From NCBI GenBank assembly GCA_037481835.1, contig JBBFKW010000009.1, positions 147,886 to 178,049 of the forward strand: 30,164 nucleotides of DNA. The letters run 5' to 3'. Source of the stretch: Desulfosoma sp. (GTDB lineage Bacteria; Desulfobacterota; Syntrophobacteria; Syntrophobacterales; DSM-9756). The notes under the pieces are model-generated. The model ran no database searches. It was not told the DNA's origin and worked only from the letters and a program-made list of their open reading frames with translations. Shown here piece by piece: positions 24,683 to 30,164 of this stretch (within the stretch, counting starts at the first letter, position 1; every line of letters starts with the position of its first letter). Made by a program: the position numbers and the translations under genes.

Positions 24683-25688
24683 TCAAACACAGTCGCAGAC
24701 GCTCCGGCCCATGTCAAATTCAAACAAACTAAATATAGCCATCCTGGGTTCAACGAGCCACATTGCCAAAGGTTTCGTCTATCACTTTTGGCATCATACC
24801 GCCCACACGCTCTATCTTTTCGCCCGATCCCAAAGAAAAGTCTTTGATTTCCTGCAAACAATGGGATCAGCGGCGAAGGAACGTTGCATGGTCTTTGAAG
24901 GATATGATGATTTTCTGACAGGCCCTTATGATGTCCTCATCAACTGCGTGGGGGTTGGCACACGAAAGAATCTTAAGTGGGACTATTCTCTCTACTTTAC
25001 AGTCATCGAAGAATTCGACAATCTATGCTTGCAATACCTGCGTACCCGACGCTCCGACGCCCTCTATATCAGCCTGAGTAGCGGTGCCGTTTATGGGCGG
25101 CATCACCAAAGGCCGGTAACCAAGGCGTCGTGCCACAGACTCAAGGTCAATAAGATTCAACCGGAAGACTACTACGGCATATCGAGAATCTATGCCGAGA
25201 CGAAACATAGATCTTTTGCCTCCATGAACGTCGTTGACCTTAGAGTCTTTTCCTATTTCAGCCGCTTCGCGAACCTCCATGAAGAGTATTTCCTGTCCGA
25301 AATCATGGGATGCCTCATCCATAACATTCCCTTCCGCACGACGCCCGAAGACATGGTTCGCGACTACATCCATCCAACGGATCTCTTTAGACTGACGGAG
25401 CGCTGCATTGAAGTTCGGCGATTGAACACGGCCTTCGACGCGGTGAGCCTGAAACCCGTTACAAAAATGGAACTGCTGCACTTTTTCGCCACGGAATACG
25501 GCCTTCATTATGAGTTCACCAGTACCTCCCTCTCAGATACCGCGACGGGAACCAAAAGAGTTTATTGCTCGGCTTACCGCTCGTCGGATAAGCTCGGGTA
25601 TCGACCGTCCTACACCTCGCTCCAAACCATCTCGGAAGAATCACGCCAGCTTCTCGAGAGTTTTCAGGGCAAAGAGAGGAGGCAGTAA
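24672..25688 (+). CDS. NAD-dependent epimerase/dehydratase family protein (extended SDR)
   Basis: IAILGSTSHIA Rossmann start, SSGAVYG, YGISR, RDYIH..DL. Alternative start at 24711. Confidence 0.85.
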   Translation: MKGSQTQSQTLRPMSNSNKLNIAILGSTSHIAKGFVYHFWHHTAHTLYLFARSQRKVFDFLQTMGSAAKERCMVFEGYDDFLTGPYDVLINCVGVGTRKNLKWDYSLYFTVIEEFDNLCLQYLRTRRSDALYISLSSGAVYGRHHQRPVTKASCHRLKVNKIQPEDYYGISRIYAETKHRSFASMNVVDLRVFSYFSRFANLHEEYFLSEIMGCLIHNIPFRTTPEDMVRDYIHPTDLFRLTERCIEVRRLNTAFDAVSLKPVTKMELLHFFATEYGLHYEFTSTSLSDTATGTKRVYCSAYRSSDKLGYRPSYTSLQTISEESRQLLESFQGKERRQ

Positions 25689-27304
25689 TGAGTGAGAGTT
25701 CCACCCAAAATGCAGATGCCGATGTGGCATACACAAAGAGACCTATCTTAAGTATATTGATCTATAACTATAACGGAAAATACCTTGGCAGATGTCTGGA
25801 AGCAATTTTTAGTCAGGAAATCATTACCCATTTTGAAGTTATTCTAATTGACGATGCGACTTGGGACGGAACTTGGGACACGGCTTTGGAATTTTTGCAG
25901 CACCATTCTGACCGCATCACCTTTCAACGCAACCGCTTTCCCCACGGACCGGGGATAAATTTTCAAAAAGCTTTGAGCATGGCCAAGGGGGAGTTCTTTA
26001 TTACTCTTTCAGCGGATCAGGCGTTCCGGCCGAATTACATTGGGAAAGCCATTCAGGCGATGAAGGAAGACCCCTACGCAGAATTCGGCGGCGTACACAG
26101 TTTGGATGGGTATAAATACGCCTCTCCCTTTCGAACAAATTATTGCATAACTGACGAACCTCTTGTCAGCATTTTATGTTACAATTACAATTATGGAAAA
26201 TACCTTGCACAAAGTCTTGAAAGCGTTTTTCAGCAAACCTACAAAAACATCGAATTGTGCTTTTCAGACAACGCCTCCACGGATGAGTCATGGTCAATTG
26301 CATTAGAGTTTGCCCGTAAGTACCCCCACCAAGTGTATCTAGTCAGGAACAGAGATAATTTCGGTGTGGACGCAAACTTTGCCAACTGTTTGCGCAATAT
26401 GAACGGGAAATATTATATCAACTTTTGCTCCGATGATGTTCTTGCTCCCGAATACGTGAAAAAGTGCGTGGAAGTGCTGGAGCCCCGACCAAACGTTGGC
26501 ATGGTTATCGTTCACCGGTCCATCATCGATGAACATGGCAGGCCCGCAGAAGAACCGCCCTTCTATAACCAATCATGTGTCATTCCCGGACATGCCCAGG
26601 CCGCAGTGTATATGATGGCCGGCGTCAACCCCAGCGTGTCTCAAATCATGTACCGAAGTGCCGTGGCTCTCCCAAAGGGTGTGTCTGGAGGTCTGGTCGC
26701 CAGATATTACGGAACGAGAATACTCGACTTCAACATCAGCCTGGAATATGACATCGGTTATCTCAAAGACCCCTTGCTCCTGCATCGTATCCACTCTCAG
26801 AGCGACACGCGACGGGCGGAATCCAACCTGTTGCCTGTCATCGGATGGTACATTCTGAACCACCAATTGGCGGAACTGGCAACCATTCACAAAGTGGAAC
26901 GGGCGGCAAGGCGCCTCCCGGAATCCATTGAAAAATTAGCACATTTGGCTATTCGATATGCCGTGAGAGCTTTGATGGATGACGACGAGGAGACGGCTTG
27001 CCGCTACTTTCATTTGGCGGCGGTCATGACCCCGACAATCTGTGAGGATGCACGGTGGAAGCAACTGGAAGCCTACTGGAGCGCTTCTTCCGGCACAAGG
27101 CGTGAAATCATCGACTTATTTAGTAAAACCGATAACTTAGTATCGAGATCCGTTTCCTATGACCCCCCTGCTGGGAGCGAACCCTTAGAGGATCCACACA
27201 TGGGGCGATCCCCTTCTCTGCCCCCCCTTAAAATACAGCGAATGACTCCCCCAACCACGAAAACTCTACCCGAGCAAAAAATCCATCTGGAAGGAACCCC
27301 GTGA
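25688..27304 (+). CDS. Glycosyltransferase family 2 with a tandemly duplicated GT-A N-terminal domain
   Basis: Two related segments: PILSILIYNYN.GKYL...DDATWDGTW..ALEF and PLVSILCYNYNYGKYL...DNASTDESW..ALEF. Confidence 0.9.
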   Translation: MSESSTQNADADVAYTKRPILSILIYNYNGKYLGRCLEAIFSQEIITHFEVILIDDATWDGTWDTALEFLQHHSDRITFQRNRFPHGPGINFQKALSMAKGEFFITLSADQAFRPNYIGKAIQAMKEDPYAEFGGVHSLDGYKYASPFRTNYCITDEPLVSILCYNYNYGKYLAQSLESVFQQTYKNIELCFSDNASTDESWSIALEFARKYPHQVYLVRNRDNFGVDANFANCLRNMNGKYYINFCSDDVLAPEYVKKCVEVLEPRPNVGMVIVHRSIIDEHGRPAEEPPFYNQSCVIPGHAQAAVYMMAGVNPSVSQIMYRSAVALPKGVSGGLVARYYGTRILDFNISLEYDIGYLKDPLLLHRIHSQSDTRRAESNLLPVIGWYILNHQLAELATIHKVERAARRLPESIEKLAHLAIRYAVRALMDDDEETACRYFHLAAVMTPTICEDARWKQLEAYWSASSGTRREIIDLFSKTDNLVSRSVSYDPPAGSEPLEDPHMGRSPSLPPLKIQRMTPPTTKTLPEQKIHLEGTP

Positions 27305-28449
27305 TGGAATTTGTTTATAAGAAACTACGCGAAGCCACCCACCTTATCGTTTTTGGGCTAGGCGCCCAATTTAGAAATTGCTACCGTCAGCTTGTTTTGG
27401 CCTTAGGCCGCGAGCCAAGTTTTCTCTGCGACAATGATCAGGGCAAGTGGGGACAGACCTTTTTTGGAAAACTGTGTCTCTCTCCCTCAGAACTACCCCG
27501 ACTGGCCTCATCCGCTCCCACGGTGGTCGTAGTCACCATTCGGCGGTACGAGCCAGTGGTCGCTCAACTACACGCCATGGAGATTCCTGACGTCTTTGTC
27601 GCCTGCTTTGACAGGGGGTATGATTATATCTTTGGAATCAAACCCCCGGATACGAAATCCCCGTTTCAAGGTGCCTTGGACTGTGACGATCGCATTCTGG
27701 CTGACAAATGGTCTTTTATAACAGGATCCACGAGGGGCATAGGAAAAACAATTGCCGTTGCTTTAGCCGGACTTGGGTCCAACGTGATCTTGCATGGGCG
27801 GTCACTCGACCACACCCATGAGGTTGCCCAACTTTGCCGAAAAAAGGAAGTTGAAGTAAGAACAATAGCCGCCGACTTCGCCATTATGAAACAGGTTGAG
27901 GTAATGCTCGAGACCTTGGAAACTGAATATCCACCAGTAGATATCCTCTACAACAACGCCGGCATCTGCCTTACCAACGGCCAAGGGACGCCATCGTGGG
28001 CGATTTGGTGGTCCATATCCACCAAGGAATACCTGCATCATTACATGGTAAATACACTTGCCCCCATCCTTATCACTAACCATTTGGTTCCCCAAATGCT
28101 CACCCGGGGCTATGGGAGGGTCATCACCATCTCCAGCACTATAGAAAGGCAGCCGGACGCCATCGCCTACGCATGTAGCAAAGCGGCGCTTAACAAATTC
28201 GTGCATGATTTGGCTCCGACCCTGCACGGCACAGACGTAAGCATGTGTCTCGTGTGCCCGGGGCATGTCCTCACAGACATGGGCGGCCCCTCAGCTCCTC
28301 ACAAGGTGGAGACCGTCATCCCCGGCGCTATTTTGGGAGCAGTCATGGATGCCAGTCTCAACGGCCGCTGGATTATGGCGCAGGACTATGCCGGACTGAG
28401 CTTATCCCAAGCCATACAAAAGGCACAATACTACTATGGACTACCTTAG
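27301..28449 (+). CDS. Short-chain dehydrogenase/reductase with an N-terminal small Rossmann-like module
   Basis: ITGSTRGIG (TGxxxGIG), DILYNNAG, YACSK (YxxxK), CPG.V.TDM, plus a roughly 130-aa N-terminal extension. Confidence 0.9.
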   Translation: MMEFVYKKLREATHLIVFGLGAQFRNCYRQLVLALGREPSFLCDNDQGKWGQTFFGKLCLSPSELPRLASSAPTVVVVTIRRYEPVVAQLHAMEIPDVFVACFDRGYDYIFGIKPPDTKSPFQGALDCDDRILADKWSFITGSTRGIGKTIAVALAGLGSNVILHGRSLDHTHEVAQLCRKKEVEVRTIAADFAIMKQVEVMLETLETEYPPVDILYNNAGICLTNGQGTPSWAIWWSISTKEYLHHYMVNTLAPILITNHLVPQMLTRGYGRVITISSTIERQPDAIAYACSKAALNKFVHDLAPTLHGTDVSMCLVCPGHVLTDMGGPSAPHKVETVIPGAILGAVMDASLNGRWIMAQDYAGLSLSQAIQKAQYYYGLP

Positions 28450-28473
28450 GGGCTCAGATGAGAGGTTTGCACT

Positions 28474-30000
28474 ATGACCAATACCCTTAACGGACGAAGT
28501 CAAGTCATGGTCAGGTCCTGTCCCAAACTGGAAAGCGGCTTGCGGTTAGGCCAGGAAGGCATTCACGCATGCCAACTCGGCCCCTTTTCTTCTCCCATCT
28601 TCTGGACCGCAGAAGAGGCAGGACGCCTCCATATCACCCGCGAGATGATCATCGAAAAAAGACAATGGCTTTTTGAGCTCCTCAATGACCCAAACAGCAC
28701 CACACCATGCAAACATTGTCATATGGTTACTACAAAGCGACTCCAAGATGTGCGCTTCGATCGCCTTGGCCATATTGATCTTGCTGCTGAAACCATATGC
28801 AATTTACGTTGCAGTTTTTGCGGATACACAAAATCTAACTCCTTTGCAAGAGCCAAGTATGAGGCGTTAAACATACTCCACTTATTTGAGCCGCATGATG
28901 TTTTATGGAATGCAGCGGTGGATTTCAATGGAGGCGAGCCAACTCTATTGCATAATTTCGATGATTACCTTGATTATTTTCGGTCCCGACGCATACGTGT
29001 ATTTCTTTATACAAATGGAACAATATATAGTCAGTCTGTCTTTGACGGTCTTGTGTCAGGAATGATTCGCTGGGTCTGCATTTCCCTCGACGCTGGTACG
29101 CCCGGCACCTATCGCAAAATCAAAAAAGCCGATCGATTCCAAGAAGTCCTTGAGAATATCGCTCGCTACTCAAGTGCCGGTGCGTTAGGAGGAGGCCAAG
29201 TAGCCGTAAAGTACATTTTTTCTGAGAATAACTGTGGGGAGGACGACATCTGTGGCTTCGCCTACGCCATGCTGGCATTACGGCCTCAAGAGGTTTGGCT
29301 CACCTTTGACTTCGAACCTATTGCGGGAATCCCCGGCGACCAAGAAAATTTTGGCGGTTATGATTACTCCCGGCACATTTCAGCTTATGCCAAGAGTTAT
29401 GTCATGTTAGCCAAGCACGGACTAAAACCAGTGCACTTTCCCGAAAAGCACCTCGCTACTGTAAGCATGCAAGGAAAGCTCTTCTTGAAAGCGTGCAAAA
29501 ATCAAATAGCAGCACTGGAGGCTTCTCGATCCAATGGTCCCCAGAAGGACATTCTTCTTGAAGACTTTCGGCGCCTTCCGTCCGGGCAACCTGGAACTCG
29601 GCCTTCAGTTCAAGATTTCGCTGTTTTTCGCCCTCATCCACCGCGCTTCCGATTCGAGGGCGAATCCTGGAAGCTGCTTTCTCTCGAGCAAAAGCGAATC
29701 GCCTTTGCACCAGCCTCCGTCATGACGGAAAAGCTCATCTCCGCTCCGGACATTCAGCAGGCCCGCCTGGTATGCATTTTCGACCGCGATCCGTTTTTGC
29801 ACGGCAAGAAGATAGCTGGATTACCCATTCTTCCCTACGAGCACCTGAAACAATGTGACATAGACCATATTGTGATTTGTGCTGCAGACCACAACCGACA
29901 AGATATTGTCGACTCCGTCTCTGCCTACATCACGAAAGAAACTGCAATTTACGTCATTGACCCCAGTTATTGTGAAGCGGCAAATGAGACACAGCGTTAA
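28474..30000 (+). CDS. Radical SAM protein with an N-terminal Cys-rich segment and a C-terminal Rossmann-like module
   Basis: CNLRCSFC, NGGEPTL, YTNG, ISLDAGT..TY..IK....F..V..N. Confidence 0.9.
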   Translation: MTNTLNGRSQVMVRSCPKLESGLRLGQEGIHACQLGPFSSPIFWTAEEAGRLHITREMIIEKRQWLFELLNDPNSTTPCKHCHMVTTKRLQDVRFDRLGHIDLAAETICNLRCSFCGYTKSNSFARAKYEALNILHLFEPHDVLWNAAVDFNGGEPTLLHNFDDYLDYFRSRRIRVFLYTNGTIYSQSVFDGLVSGMIRWVCISLDAGTPGTYRKIKKADRFQEVLENIARYSSAGALGGGQVAVKYIFSENNCGEDDICGFAYAMLALRPQEVWLTFDFEPIAGIPGDQENFGGYDYSRHISAYAKSYVMLAKHGLKPVHFPEKHLATVSMQGKLFLKACKNQIAALEASRSNGPQKDILLEDFRRLPSGQPGTRPSVQDFAVFRPHPPRFRFEGESWKLLSLEQKRIAFAPASVMTEKLISAPDIQQARLVCIFDRDPFLHGKKIAGLPILPYEHLKQCDIDHIVICAADHNRQDIVDSVSAYITKETAIYVIDPSYCEAANETQR

Positions 30001-30164
30001 GGTGTAATGTACTGGAAACCCAAGGGGCCCCCTCTGTGCCAATGAGAGTGAGACACCTACCCCTTGTTAAATTAGTGTAGGGCGGCTAGGAGAAGACGTG
30101 CTATGGCATCCCTGAATCCGTGAATAGAAAGGCGGCAGACTGACGGTGGGGCATTCGAAATCCA

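Noticed and set aside
30001..30164. Possible insertion-sequence end after the last radical SAM gene (TGTTAAATTAGTGTAG region)
   Set aside because: No transposase ORF or partner inverted repeat within the window; cannot be supported without downstream sequence.
1..30164. CRISPR array, tRNA/rRNA genes, integrase or transposase
   Set aside because: No regularly spaced repeats, RNA-gene signatures or recombinase motifs were seen by eye.

Overview
Bacterial flagellar filament locus joined to a large glycan-biosynthesis island. Left part (1-6.3 kb): a hicB-hicA toxin-antitoxin pair, then an operon csrA - minimal nucleotidyltransferase (MNT) - HEPN - fliW, in which an MNT/HEPN pair sits between the two partners of the CsrA/FliW flagellin switch. 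On the minus strand follow flagellin, fliD, two fliS paralogues and a FliT-like gene, with two sigma28 promoters and three CsrA-type AGGGA sites in the flagellin leader. Middle (6.3-12.4 kb, minus): a TPR protein, two GT2-TPR glycosyltransferases and a GT4, directly upstream of flagellin. Back-to-back sigma54-type promoters (12.5-12.75 kb) separate this arm from a 17 kb plus-strand cluster: rfbF, rfbG, rfbH, a NeuB-SAF-cupin fusion, a YerE-like ThDP enzyme, two GT2s, four radical SAM enzymes, a GDP-mannose hydrolase-like NUDIX protein, an epimerase/dehydratase and an SDR. My best reading (inference) is a flagellin glycosylation system that builds an unusual C4-branched, higher-carbon 3,6-dideoxy sugar and tailors it further by radical chemistry. 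Gene order and content suggest a Desulfobacterota-like host, which is also inference. No rRNA, tRNA, CRISPR array or transposase was seen. All family calls come from motif recognition, not database searches.
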